Assembly: GCA_029261035.1 (NCBI GenBank)
Contig: JAJDCD010000004.1
Location: 4,765-68,764 of the forward strand
DNA: 64,000 nt
Direction: 5' to 3'
Origin: Candidatus Omnitrophota bacterium
GTDB lineage: Bacteria > Omnitrophota > Omnitrophia > Omnitrophales > JACROU01
Shown in pieces: positions 44,101-52,397 of this stretch (position 1 is its first letter; the number at the start of each line of letters is the position of its first letter). Both the position numbers and the translations under genes were made by a program. Under the pieces are notes generated by a model. It searched no databases and was not told where the DNA came from. It worked only from the letters and a program-made list of their open reading frames with translations.

Positions 44101-45807
44101 TACGCCTGAAGAAATAACAGGAAAAACAGAATCCCCTACCGTATTAAAAGTATTATGAACACCCAACGCGATACTTTCTAAATGAAATTGAAGCAATGAT
44201 GTTGGGTCATCTAAATAAGTTCCAGCACTCACTCTTGCACGGTCTACTGTATCCCGAGCCAAAGGTTTTAGAGAGTCAAACTTTTGTTTGGTCATTAATT
44301 CTCTGTACTGATTAGGATTAAACTGAGAAACATTTGGAGAAACAATCACATAAGACCAATCACTAGCTCTAAGTAAAGAGCTAATTCCTTCACTATGAAA
44401 ACCTCCAGCAACCAAAGCCATTTGCTTGATTTGTTTATCAGAAGTATGCTGTTTTAGATTACTAACAAAAGATTCATCACGAGAACGAGCCAATAAATAA
44501 AATTCCATAACATCATTTAGCAAAAGATTCATTTTGAATTCTTGATCTTCATTCAATTGCACCAATCCTTCAAACAATGAAATTAATGTAGTTTCTTTTA
44601 AAACGCGTGAAAGCTCTTCTAAATCTTTTCGAGTTAGCTCTAACTTAAAAGCATTTTCAATCAACTGAATCATTTCAGACTGAACAAAAACCTTCTTTGC
44701 TTTTTCAGCAATAAGTAACTTTTGATAAATATGATTTTCAATAGAATCAAGCTCTTCAAATAACTGTGTCCCCACCAACTCTTCTTTCAAGATCAAAGAA
44801 GAAGAAAACTGAGTTAACTGTGGATAAGACTTCCAATCGATGGAAAGACCTTCTGTAGCAAGGTACAACTTATCAAAATAATGACGTGCTCCTAAAGGAA
44901 ACTGAGATTCACCTAAATTATTGAGAATAAATTCTTTCTCAGGAGAGTCTAGCAACTTTTCTGACAATACAACTTTCAATGCTTCTACTTCTGCTTTTAA
45001 CTTCTTCATATTCACATTCTTACCAGAGTCTTGAAGTTTCAAAATACGCACTAAATGAGGAAAGCGTGCTTGAGCATCAGATTTACTTAGATCCATACTC
45101 AACATTCTTTTAGTCAGCTTAGAAACCGTGTTGATATAAGCAATCGTTTGATCTGAAGTATTAAATGCTGCCTCTTTTTGTTTTTCTAACTCTCTTAACT
45201 TTACATCATAATAGGTTTTTTTTAATTCTTTGATTCTTGCTTTAACAGGCTCTAATAGGGGAAGGTAAAGAGCTGCTTTTTTACTAATATCTCTATAAGC
45301 TTTAATGTTCTTTTGATATAACTTCCTGTCATCCACACCAACAACATTGGTTTGACCCTGAGTCTGATAAGCAAACCATTCTGTTCCAGACAACTCACCT
45401 TTATCTACTAGCTGCTGCAACACTTGTTTATTAATTTCAGGCAAAGGAAGAAAGTTTAAATTAATAGGATCAATCGGTGTATCTGCTGCCTCAACACCCA
45501 CATGATTGATTTTATGTTGATCAAGAAGATGATTTAAAATCGAAGAGATGTTCTTTTGCGCACTTGGATTTGTATGTGCGTCCTGAATAAATACTAGAGT
45601 AGGTTTTGCTTGATCCCCTACATGAACGTCTTCAATCACCCCGAATTTTTCTGGAATCGATATATCTAAAATTTTTGATTGCTGGTTTGCAACTTGCTGT
45701 AGCACATTCACAGATGGATTTGCATAAACGGAATTTGATAATGTAAATACGGCGATGAGCGCCCAAACTATAGACTTGAACTCCACAGATGTTTTACCTA
45801 ATGACAT
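38107..45807 (-). CDS. giant secreted multidomain protein 2 (2566 aa), paralog of giant 1: signal peptide, shared N-domain, embedded complete GAPDH-like domain, shared C-domain
   Basis: 7.7-kb ORF. Signal peptide SIVWALIAVFTLSNSVYA. GAPDH hallmarks: YYGITGGRGRIGKGILRLL (NAD-binding GxGRIGR), ISCASCTTNG (catalytic Cys motif), ITEHGYTLSQ (His, cf. VHAYT), SSIFDPSGTSVTV...WYDNEMGYTHRVIDV (C-terminal GAPDH signature). N-terminal LVFIQDAH...NHVGVEAAD...GGFHSEG and C-terminal LFATSKPQLGVTVRQSS...NNVFTFSDQFMQLM are homologous to giant 1. Confidence 0.8.
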   Translation of the reverse strand: MSLGKTSVEFKSIVWALIAVFTLSNSVYANPSVNVLQQVANQQSKILDISIPEKFGVIEDVHVGDQAKPTLVFIQDAHTNPSAQKNISSILNHLLDQHKINHVGVEAADTPIDPINLNFLPLPEINKQVLQQLVDKGELSGTEWFAYQTQGQTNVVGVDDRKLYQKNIKAYRDISKKAALYLPLLEPVKARIKELKKTYYDVKLRELEKQKEAAFNTSDQTIAYINTVSKLTKRMLSMDLSKSDAQARFPHLVRILKLQDSGKNVNMKKLKAEVEALKVVLSEKLLDSPEKEFILNNLGESQFPLGARHYFDKLYLATEGLSIDWKSYPQLTQFSSSLILKEELVGTQLFEELDSIENHIYQKLLIAEKAKKVFVQSEMIQLIENAFKLELTRKDLEELSRVLKETTLISLFEGLVQLNEDQEFKMNLLLNDVMEFYLLARSRDESFVSNLKQHTSDKQIKQMALVAGGFHSEGISSLLRASDWSYVIVSPNVSQFNPNQYRELMTKQKFDSLKPLARDTVDRARVSAGTYLDDPTSLLQFHLESIALGVHNTFNTVGDSVFPVISSGVNSRLKLNANLAAFDRIELEAARSHSSRVSESVFRVSGNGASRLVSIILETSPVTGEANVLYSGVASANSLGVAVAREQVLDQPIQLAINVGAPDYYQDLSQIQLVTQLSEPQVEEFRSVASNFPKNTNVNPYTLYNRDLISMLWALIGDPNISLNEIFGVANPQSLFNLVVSNTVFGRLPGKLLLIEEEGVFYLSINDKRIKLNPELPHNDNVDGYDTLIDMSDSRNSGESEENLLKRLEDLRSKSSLSSVISYNPLSDLKTKRPIIYGQNSEVLLREDEVHFVPSLGTQVAGNVLALLQRSDLNEDISAYTGLSVKTPAELMDRELQTLRAGMGTALSLEFPEWAGYNKTNDGELVQASLNSMNFAAPFKGASIVDFTIQLKADSELLKLNPEERKKKIIAALQAGLKRTGSENFVRLQKEGEPLESLMLSDHRELAIIGIEDMIVGGEGQVLIPVWSNELGRVQTFMNMLVNDRSNYPIETTSQDNVPSNSIPVVDSSDTKYMPAQLPEGERIYYGITGGRGRIGKGILRLLYKDPNYYPAFLNGVSDVIALVQQMQADIVHKAYPWVAEAVKEGPGKDFLVLKDKQTDEVVYKIPIFNIRLARSGNKEDAAAKFIRDMVTMLRGLKGPNEEAINIEVLFDAVGEDDGFNRPLHHSLAIAGVQRIIKTYPAKKDGIKNIVFGINHVEDIREEIERAHMAKEEYQRIIPTSAYGAIPEEVPLVVETISCASCTTNGVGPGLSRLNGYLLDEGFPSMFDAVFITEHGYTLSQSSLGSASRVPKKGPSLVNDPTMLGAISTTGASKAYVKADPLFKGKFEGASRRLANPDGSAVWTSLRIGINNINDVPTVEQVNAQAYSWANSDALRGIFGYDEIQNTSQLHNRSESSIFDPSGTSVTVSPDKDYVVIQIKEWYDNEMGYTHRVIDVEKYAALLSRGLIEDDTDYGPSVVSAVKLPGQPYLHTYNGDAEAIIKDQVVGKETIIASPNVTYIPLINLLKKQPPAFFTSEQKKYLKRMVDEFLVPVLQRARDLKQGFPSLYHKGRSFKSLQVTGIKDVMSFTSTEGHQYFMLPQYIADEGFLNINIPFSFVEKVVTTDDHHAYYQLILMGIFQEVMGLSYPEALVAAKHYNKEATQGVSDLPDMTRAMLDLMREQAKSDDEARDYLNGAMKDNVGFVFGETVRNSLVKRRAAPEYMNTIRNELTVMAHLINGYIAGPVVNGKGIPATPQELVSVLNADNLVSQNEIPTEVLSKASLSRDLVAAASMVPVVQRFRGVSLQKPLDDHLLTGLLDSTTTDQIKGLLGSRDLSVLPIATGGSVKDQSKLDPGHMIGSGKDDIARIIVNPLDKKRALLRSGEVDEPGAISSFIVFDEPEDSVNAPRAFPMLYGNAFFGSFKKGVSSEMKQRILEQLAENPIDPDADPIETIKFWAGVNGVVYNPTSNQPGQLSNVTVHVLDSVGDRQHETARINALEEFKQESGIEIDKIQHGTLEPALEAVWGNSDDRIHIFLSTSGIAEILTAMTLAGRESSYGSFRVMSRAGLENAQSIEPQFAYNFSRQESSKIGSFQRELAGEILPKRSKSPSTPKKIFDTIHNFNGNFEATLVPVTANPALNLPGIREINNREFVVPLVRIVRTSQTELHRWVEYFNVKVDSREGYSWTPIAAPQSEAGVEANSLGGAKINRVQQILLGEQSILDALASGDVSNLPGDYFLTPEQMIAAGNAFASSVYAEDSADALLAELNRVSENDVDSTDVLIRYLKDNPAGLLSSLFATSKPQLGVTVRQSSITSASEVVTGALANEGSLTVLVLDQLNQDLSRFTSEVAALDLPEEEKQSISDRIVFVEPREFSVEGIQDAIESILTSKFTDILGRKVTLTKLVNNLSQTLNVSAPSKGLNQHLVVLAEKELLPDADRLKGKQLISVERKALSDVQWDSYKLFAGALAGKLAVVGGFDKLPTDVRGALKKVRGNNVFTFSDQFMQLMSGLWNEFQGYQRIRESA

Positions 45808-46084
45808 AAATATTTCCTCCCCTTGGAAATCATTTTATTTTATTATTATTAAGAGTGTCTGAAATCTTTTATTAAAGTCTTAACTGCATGACCAAAAAAA
45901 ATCGTTTCCCAATAAGGTACTGAGAAACAATTACTTAAGATAGCTAACGATATCTCAACAAAAATCCATTTTACTCAAACTTTCTCCATGAAATATGACT
46001 GGAAGTTTACACTGTATTTAAGAAATGTCAAGCCACCGGTTTAACTCAAAAACATAAGGTAGATTCATATTGAATTACTTCATT

Positions 46085-46138
46085 TGGCACACCCAAGTTG
46101 GGTACCGAGTGTGCCGGGTCTGGAAGACCTGGCACACA
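46085..46138. repeat. ~55-bp double-hairpin palindromic repeat unit (copy 2)
   Basis: tttggcacacccaagttgggtaccgagtgtgccgggtctggaagacctggcacaca; matches 136-187 including the identical 27-mer aagttgggtaccgagtgtgccgggtct. Confidence 0.75.
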
Positions 46139-46238
46139 ATAAAGTGATAATTTAAAACAAATATGAAAGGAATCTATATCGATATGTAAGTAGTTTAAAT
46201 ATAAGAGGATAAGAAAATTAACTAAGAGCCAAGGTGAA

Positions 46239-46718
46239 TTACTCGCGAAAATCCGGATCAATTTTGCGTATTTTAGCCAAAACGCGGTTTAATTCCTGAG
46301 CTACTTCAGAGAAAAAATCTCCTGTTCTCAGCTTAATATCATTTTTAGGGGTGTGCCCATCCGCTGTTCTTTTAAGAACCGACTGGATACGAAAAATAGG
46401 TCCAACCACTTTTCGCAAGAAGAAAATACTAGACCAAGCCGCTATAAGTACTGTAACTAAAACAACTAAGAAGATTCGAATCAAGATCTCCTGCTCTACA
46501 ATATTAAGCACTTCCATAATACTCACCTTAGAAGTACGAGCCAATTCCTGAGCCAGAATATCTGCAACCGTATGATGCACAACAATACTTAATGCAAACC
46601 CTGTAAAAATAGTAACAATAATCATCCATATAAAATACTGTCTCTGAATAGGTTTATAAAGACGGAGATGCTCGAGGGATTTTCTTTTATTGAGTTGTTT
46701 TTTAAAGTCATATTTCAT
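46239..46718 (-). CDS. membrane protein with HAMP-like linker domain (hypothetical)
   Basis: 159 aa; two TM helices separated by a short loop, then LRKVVGPIFRIQSVLKRTADGH...GDFFSEVAQELNRVLAKI resembling a HAMP helix pair; no output domain. Confidence 0.5.
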   Translation of the reverse strand: MKYDFKKQLNKRKSLEHLRLYKPIQRQYFIWMIIVTIFTGFALSIVVHHTVADILAQELARTSKVSIMEVLNIVEQEILIRIFLVVLVTVLIAAWSSIFFLRKVVGPIFRIQSVLKRTADGHTPKNDIKLRTGDFFSEVAQELNRVLAKIRKIDPDFRE

Positions 46719-46804
46719 AAAAGCCTATTACCTATTTAAATATAAAGACTTATGAACATAAAAAATAAAAACGGCTTAGATCCTACTGTAAAGATAAGTA
46801 TAAC

Positions 46805-47584
46805 CTATTTTAACTTATTTTGCTGAAGAAGTGCTAATCCCTTTAAAGTGAGATGTTTATCATATTTTTTATCGACTTTTCTTAGGAAGGGCTTAATAAA
46901 CTCATAACCCCCACCTGTAATAATAACCCTTAGCTTCTTCTTCCAACGAGATCGAGCCAATTCTTGATATTCCTTAATCATATCTCGTATCATTACCCCA
47001 TAGCCATAGGAGATGCCGTAATTAACACAATCCTCTGTGTTTTTACCTATAATTTTAGGGTTTTTAGGGAATTTAAGAGGAAATCGAGATAACTTAGCAG
47101 CCCCATCCTGAAGTGCCCTAAAAGCCAATTCACGGCCAGGAAAAATCAACCCTCCATCAAAGCTCTTTTTAGGTCCTCCAAGGTCAAAAGAAACAGCCGT
47201 CCCCAAATCTATCACCAAACAAGGCCAACCGTATAGGTTCCCTGCACTATATACATTAACCGTTCGGTCTACTCCAAGTTTATCTAAGTTACTATAATTA
47301 TTAGAGATAGGTATACTTTTATTATTAATAATCTGTATCTTACACTCTGGAAAGGAGTTAGAGATGATTTTCTTCAATTTAACATTAATTGTGGGATTTA
47401 CAGAGCATATAGAGGCTTTTTTAGGGTTAAACCTCCCACTTTCAATCCATTTAGGCAGTTTATTTGGGAACTCCATATAATTGAAGCTTTTAGCGTCCAA
47501 AACCTTTGTTTTAGACACCTTCCCCACACTCAACGTCGTATTCCCAACATCAATCACTAAATTCACACCAAACTCCTTTGTCAT
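46805..47584 (-). CDS. coaX: type III pantothenate kinase
   Basis: FGVNLVIDVGNTTLSVG N-terminal motif and ..ITGGG.. C-terminal motif of CoaX/Baf family; start set at MTKEF (ORF opens at 47668 inside the upstream repeat array); downstream of birA as in many genomes. Confidence 0.75.
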   Translation of the reverse strand: MTKEFGVNLVIDVGNTTLSVGKVSKTKVLDAKSFNYMEFPNKLPKWIESGRFNPKKASICSVNPTINVKLKKIISNSFPECKIQIINNKSIPISNNYSNLDKLGVDRTVNVYSAGNLYGWPCLVIDLGTAVSFDLGGPKKSFDGGLIFPGRELAFRALQDGAAKLSRFPLKFPKNPKIIGKNTEDCVNYGISYGYGVMIRDMIKEYQELARSRWKKKLRVIITGGGYEFIKPFLRKVDKKYDKHLTLKGLALLQQNKLK

Positions 47585-47631
47585 CCCGGACTCGATCCGG
47601 GATCCAGCGTCTTTACGCAATATTGTTATTT

Positions 47632-47731
47632 GGGACAGTCCCCAAAAAAGGGACAGTCCCTTTAACAAGCCAATCTAAAACTCTTTTGCCATGACAGCAC
47701 TTAAGGGACTGTCCCAATGTGGGACTGTCCC
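47632..47731. repeat. GGGACAGTCCC x2 - spacer - GGGACTGTCCC x2 palindrome array between birA and coaX
   Basis: gggacagtccc at 47632 and 47650; gggactgtccc at 47705 and 47721; same architecture and GACAGTC core as the GTGACAGTCAC arrays. Confidence 0.75.
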
Positions 47732-47736
47732 TATAA

Positions 47737-48273
47737 TCACGAAAACTCTTTCACTATTTCTTCACAAACACATCTAATCACTGGCAAGACTTCAATTTCG
47801 TTACCCGAAACCTCATAAAATGAAATAGCATCCTCAATAGAACTGCTAGGTTTGCTATTGATGTTAATTCCAATCCCTATGATAACAAATTCTAGCTTTT
47901 CAGAACATGTTCTCGATTCCGTTAAGATCCCACAAACCTTTTTTCCTCTCAGTAAAATATCATTAGGTTCTTTTATCGATAACTCCTCTTTCAAACAATC
48001 CAACTTATCTACGAAAATAGGAATTAAAATTTCAGCAACTTTTTTTGTAATCTGAGGAGCCTCTGCAGGAACTATCGAAGGTCTAAGCAACACAGAAAAA
48101 AGAGCGTCCTTCCCTTTTTCAGACAACCACTTTCGATCAAACTGCCCTCTTCCTTTAGTTTGTTCATCTACCCATAAAACAGTGCCGTGCTCTCCACCTT
48201 TTTCGGCAAGCTTGATTAACTCTGTATTGGTTGATGGAAGAGAAGCTGCATGAATCAAAGTTAAGGAACTCAT
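47737..48273 (-). CDS. birA: biotin--[acetyl-CoA-carboxylase] ligase, group I (no N-terminal HTH)
   Basis: 178 aa; TKGRGQFDRKWLSEKGKDALFSVLLRP matches the BPL GRGRRGRxW...G..L.FS biotin-binding motif; too short for a repressor domain. Confidence 0.75.
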   Translation of the reverse strand: MSSLTLIHAASLPSTNTELIKLAEKGGEHGTVLWVDEQTKGRGQFDRKWLSEKGKDALFSVLLRPSIVPAEAPQITKKVAEILIPIFVDKLDCLKEELSIKEPNDILLRGKKVCGILTESRTCSEKLEFVIIGIGININSKPSSSIEDAISFYEVSGNEIEVLPVIRCVCEEIVKEFS

Positions 48274-48283
48274 ATTTCCTCTT

Positions 48284-48326
48284 TTCAGTCATTGCGAGGC
48301 TTTAACAAAAGAGCCGCGGCAATCTC
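48284..48326. repeat. half-copy of inverted-repeat family B
   Basis: cagtcattgcgaggctttaacaaaagagccgcggcaatctcgg shares the cattgcgagg and gagccgcggcaatctc arms with 19281-19390. Confidence 0.55.
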
Positions 48327-48379
48327 GGATGGTATTTTTTCCATACTCGGTTTTCTATACTCTATATTGATGATCGAAC

Positions 48380-49510
48380 TTATTCATCAATATAAAATCT
48401 CGGGATCTTTTCTGATAAACCCGTTAAAATTTCATAAGGGATGGTATTTGCTTTTTCTGCCAACTCACTTACTGTAATTTTGTTTTTTCCCTGAGTTCCA
48501 ATTAAAACAACTTCATCATTTTCTTGGACATCTGTTTTATTTCCTAAATAAATGATTATTTGATCCATACATACATTACCCACCACAGGATAATAAACTC
48601 CTCTGATCAGAACTCTTGATTTATTGGATAACGCATAAGGATAACCCTGCCCATAGCCAATCGGGAGAACTCCAACAAAACCTTCATCAGGCATTGTGAA
48701 ATGGCATCCATAACTTACGGTATGCCCCTTGGGCAATTTCTTTTTTAGGTGCACCTGCGTTTTTAATTCTAAGACAGGAATAATTTCATCCGTAAATTTT
48801 GAAATTCCATACAAGGATAAACCAGGTCTCACCATATTAAAATGAGACTCTTCACTGTTAAAAAGAGAATCACTGTTAGCCATATGATAAAAAGGAACTT
48901 GTATTCGATTATCTTCAACTTGTTTAATGAAAGATTGAAACAGATTTATTTGAACTTTATTTAAAGGGTCGTTCGAATCATCCGCAACAGGACAATGCGT
49001 CATCAAACCTTCTAATAATAGAAAAGGAAGATCCTTTATTTCTAACACCAAAGACAAAGCATCTTCACAAACAACCCCCATACGCCCCATGCCCGTATCT
49101 ACTTTTACATGTACCTTTAAGGGCTTTTGGTAAACATCCGCATAAGCATGTAGCTTTTTAGCATGTTCCAAAGATGAAACAACCACCGCGTAATCATTCT
49201 CAATACAACGCTCTACATCTTCCTCACGAATAATCCCAAAAATTAAAACTGGGACATCAACACCCGCTTCTCTAATGGAATCAGCCTCTTGCACTTGTGC
49301 CACTCCAAAACAGTCCACAAAAGAAGATAAACACTTAGCCACAGACTGAACGCCATGACCATAACCATTAGCCTTAACAACGCTTAAAATTCGTGTCTTA
49401 GAACCTACTTTATGACGGATATGTGACAAATTGGTTAGTAAATGAGGAAGGTTAACTTCAATCCAAACATTATCTTTTATCTCTTGTTTAAGATCGAGAA
49501 GATTTGACAT
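48380..49510 (-). CDS. alr: alanine racemase
   Basis: PLP-binding motif VVKANGYGHG; 376 aa with N-terminal barrel and C-terminal beta domain. Confidence 0.85.
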   Translation of the reverse strand: MSNLLDLKQEIKDNVWIEVNLPHLLTNLSHIRHKVGSKTRILSVVKANGYGHGVQSVAKCLSSFVDCFGVAQVQEADSIREAGVDVPVLIFGIIREEDVERCIENDYAVVVSSLEHAKKLHAYADVYQKPLKVHVKVDTGMGRMGVVCEDALSLVLEIKDLPFLLLEGLMTHCPVADDSNDPLNKVQINLFQSFIKQVEDNRIQVPFYHMANSDSLFNSEESHFNMVRPGLSLYGISKFTDEIIPVLELKTQVHLKKKLPKGHTVSYGCHFTMPDEGFVGVLPIGYGQGYPYALSNKSRVLIRGVYYPVVGNVCMDQIIIYLGNKTDVQENDEVVLIGTQGKNKITVSELAEKANTIPYEILTGLSEKIPRFYIDE

Positions 49511-50213
49511 GCGCTACTTTCGATTTTTTAAAATTAGGTTCCTGTAGATAAAGAGGTAACATTTCTAGCGGCTTAAGCGGTTTCAAAATTTCTTGCCTTT
49601 CTAAAAAAAGCTCTGCTAAATAACTACTCATAGGATAATTATATTTAGTCTCTACAAAATGAGATCCCGACAAACTCTTCTTAAATTCAGAATCGTATTT
49701 CTCTAACGCATTGCCTACAACACATAAATTAGCCCCAGAAACTGCTTTCAGCTTCTCCAAACCTTTTTCCAACAGCAGGCACTGAGGTTTCCACTTTTGT
49801 TTAAAACCCGTCTTTTTCATTTCGTACAAAGCCAAATAGACTTTACCCTGGTGAGCATCCAACGCAACAGCAACTTGTCCTGGAAAAGAACTAAGCCTTC
49901 TCCCAAGAACATCCATAGTACAAATGGAATAACAAGGCTTTCTATTCGCCGTTGCCAACCCTTGAAGTGTAGCAAAACCCACTCGTAGCCCTGTAAAAGA
50001 ACCCGGCCCAGAACCAATAACAAAAGCATCGCAATCTTTAATCTCTAAATTAACATTGGCTAACGCTTTTTCAAAAAATGGAATTAACTTTTCTGCATGT
50101 TGATAAATACCCGAAAAGTTAATCTCACTACTAATTCGATTACCCCCTTGAAGATCCGAGAAAGCCGTCACACTCAAATTTGCAGAAGAAGTATCAAACG
50201 CTAATATGTTCAT
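49488..50213 (-). CDS. tsaB: tRNA t6A37 biosynthesis protein TsaB (YeaZ)
   Basis: MNILAFDTSS N-terminus and ASKH-fold Kae1-like inactive paralog length (241 aa); adjacent to tsaE. Confidence 0.8.
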   Translation of the reverse strand: MNILAFDTSSANLSVTAFSDLQGGNRISSEINFSGIYQHAEKLIPFFEKALANVNLEIKDCDAFVIGSGPGSFTGLRVGFATLQGLATANRKPCYSICTMDVLGRRLSSFPGQVAVALDAHQGKVYLALYEMKKTGFKQKWKPQCLLLEKGLEKLKAVSGANLCVVGNALEKYDSEFKKSLSGSHFVETKYNYPMSSYLAELFLERQEILKPLKPLEMLPLYLQEPNFKKSKVAHVKSSRS

Positions 50214-50674
50214 TTAATCTTTCCTAAAATACTCTTAGATAATTTACCTGAAGCTGTGATATCCACATCTCGCTCGGTGGGTTTATCCCCATATTCTAAT
50301 CGAATGGTCAAGTAATCTGAAGGGTAAAAAGACTCTCCCTTTTCGGCCCATTCAGCCAAAACAACCGCCTCTGGAGAATCAAAAAACTCGGTCAAGCCCA
50401 AAGCCTCCAAATCCTGCTCCGTCTCCATACGATACAAGTCGTAATGATACACAGGAAACTTAGCATCATAGATATTCATGATCGTAAACGTAGGGCTATT
50501 AACCTCATCTGGGTTAATCCCAAGTCCTTTAGCAAGACCTTTGGTAATTAAAGTCTTTCCTGCTCCTAAAGGCCCTATTAAAGCAATAAACAAAGGGGGT
50601 TCTATCAATTTCCCAATTTTATGCCCCAACCGCAAAGTCTCATTAATTGATTTTGATAAAAATGTTTTTCTCAT
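50210..50674 (-). CDS. tsaE: tRNA t6A37 biosynthesis ATPase TsaE (YjeE)
   Basis: Walker A ALIGPLGAGKT and YHYDLYR motif characteristic of TsaE; 154 aa. Confidence 0.8.
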   Translation of the reverse strand: MRKTFLSKSINETLRLGHKIGKLIEPPLFIALIGPLGAGKTLITKGLAKGLGINPDEVNSPTFTIMNIYDAKFPVYHYDLYRMETEQDLEALGLTEFFDSPEAVVLAEWAEKGESFYPSDYLTIRLEYGDKPTERDVDITASGKLSKSILGKIK

Positions 50675-50681
50675 GACACCA

Positions 50682-51626
50682 CTAAAAGTGATTGTACCCC
50701 TTTTTTGAAATTTTGATTTTACGAGTATCTACAGGAGATGGAAATACATTTATCCCCTTTTTCACATCAACAACTTCCCCGATACATGTCACGGGTATCT
50801 TTCCAATCAAATTAGGTATTTTGCTTAAAACCTTTGGCGAAGCTGTAAACAACAACTCAAAATCCTCTCCGTCCGTTAAAGCATGCTCGATTGGCTTTTT
50901 CCGTGATTTTTTTGATAACGTTACAGCATCTTTAGAAACGGGAATCCAATCACTAAAAATCGCTGCCCCTACCCGAGATTGTTTCGTGATGTGTCCCAAA
51001 TCTTGCAGCAATCCATCCGATACATCAATCATAGCTGTAGGAGTAAAAGAAGATAATAACTTCTTCACTTCTTTAATTCTAGGACTAAAAGTTAAATGCT
51101 TTCCTAAAATAGAGCCTCCTAACAACCCTGTTACAAAAATCAGATCTCCTTTTTTCGCCCCATTTCTATAAATACATTTATTCTTAGAAACATTGCCCAT
51201 TAAAGACAACGAACCCGATATCTCTTTCGAAGAAGAAACATCTCCTCCTACAAGCATAATGCTCTGCTCTTTCAAAGCTTTAACAACACCATCCAAAAAG
51301 GAATTCACCCATTTCCACTGAGTTGCGCTAGGTAAAGACAGATTGAGTAAAGCATACTGAGGAACACCCCCCATAGCAGCAATATCACTCACATTCACAT
51401 TCACTAACTTCTTTCCTATTTCTATAGGTTTTTGTTTCTTAGACAGAAAATCCACCCCATCAACCAAAATATCCGAAGTCATTAACTGAACTTCATTTTT
51501 CTTTAGTGAAACAGCCGCACAATCATCCCCTATCCCTTTGAGAACAGTGGAGTGCCGTATAACTCCAATTTTTTTTTGGATGCGTTCTATTAACCCAAAC
51601 TCACCCACGTCTTTCATTCTATTCAT
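50682..51626 (-). CDS. thiL: thiamine-monophosphate kinase
   Basis: EFGLIERIQ...IGDDCAAV N-terminal ThiL/AIR-synthase-related motif; 314 aa. Confidence 0.75.
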   Translation of the reverse strand: MNRMKDVGEFGLIERIQKKIGVIRHSTVLKGIGDDCAAVSLKKNEVQLMTSDILVDGVDFLSKKQKPIEIGKKLVNVNVSDIAAMGGVPQYALLNLSLPSATQWKWVNSFLDGVVKALKEQSIMLVGGDVSSSKEISGSLSLMGNVSKNKCIYRNGAKKGDLIFVTGLLGGSILGKHLTFSPRIKEVKKLLSSFTPTAMIDVSDGLLQDLGHITKQSRVGAAIFSDWIPVSKDAVTLSKKSRKKPIEHALTDGEDFELLFTASPKVLSKIPNLIGKIPVTCIGEVVDVKKGINVFPSPVDTRKIKISKKGYNHF

Positions 51627-51635
51627 ACTAAATCC

Positions 51636-52241
51636 TTAATATATAATTTTAGGCACATCGTACAATTGACAAAAAAAGTTAATTCCCGGAATCACCAATT
51701 TCTGCAGATATCCAAACCAAAATAAAACAAAAACAATAACAACTCCCAAATACTCTATCTTCCAAATTTTTTCCGCTATCTCCGTAGGAAGCAAACCCAT
51801 TAAAACCCGAGAACCATCTAAAGGCGGAATAGGCAAAAAATTAAAAACAGCTAAACCAACATTGAAATAGATACAAAAGAGCAACACCTGCATCCCAGAC
51901 ATCTTATAAAAAATAACCAATAAGCAAGCCAACAATATATTAGAAATAGGGCCCGCCACAGCCACCAAAATCATATCTTGTCTCGGGTTTTTTAAATTAA
52001 GGAAATTCACAGGCACAGGCTTAGCCATCCCTATCGGAGGTAACCCTAAAAAGAAAAGCGCGACAGGAAACACAACCGTCCAGATAGGATCAATATGCTT
52101 CAAAGGATTCAATGTCAAACGACCCAACCTTTTGGCCGTATCATCTCCCCTATAGTAAGCCACCACCCCATGAGAAACCTCATGAACCGTAATCGTCATC
52201 AAGAATATAAATATGAATAAAGAAATATTAAGAGCTGTCAT
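51636..52241 (-). CDS. site-2 protease family (M50) zinc metalloprotease, membrane
   Basis: HEVSH zinc-binding motif in first TM helix, polytopic membrane topology, 201 aa. Confidence 0.65.
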   Translation of the reverse strand: MTALNISLFIFIFLMTITVHEVSHGVVAYYRGDDTAKRLGRLTLNPLKHIDPIWTVVFPVALFFLGLPPIGMAKPVPVNFLNLKNPRQDMILVAVAGPISNILLACLLVIFYKMSGMQVLLFCIYFNVGLAVFNFLPIPPLDGSRVLMGLLPTEIAEKIWKIEYLGVVIVFVLFWFGYLQKLVIPGINFFCQLYDVPKIIY

Positions 52242-52397
52242 AGCTTTATATTATAACATTCCTACAAAGAGCGGAAAACTACTCAAAATAGGGTAAATAG
52301 CCCTGGGAAAGTACAATTTCTATTGAATTTACATCTATATTTGATAGGATGCCGCTCTTAGGTGATAAAACTAAATTTAAAATTACAGGAGAAAAAA

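Noticed and set aside
45808-46238. Scanned the 430-bp region upstream of giant 2 for tRNA/ncRNA
   Set aside because: No cloverleaf-compatible sequence or conserved RNA motifs found; only the 55-bp palindromic repeat is evident.
47732-47738. TATAAT hexamer right after the GGGACTGTCCC array
   Set aside because: Oriented on the plus strand with only antisense birA sequence downstream; no matching -35; likely chance in an AT-rich genome.
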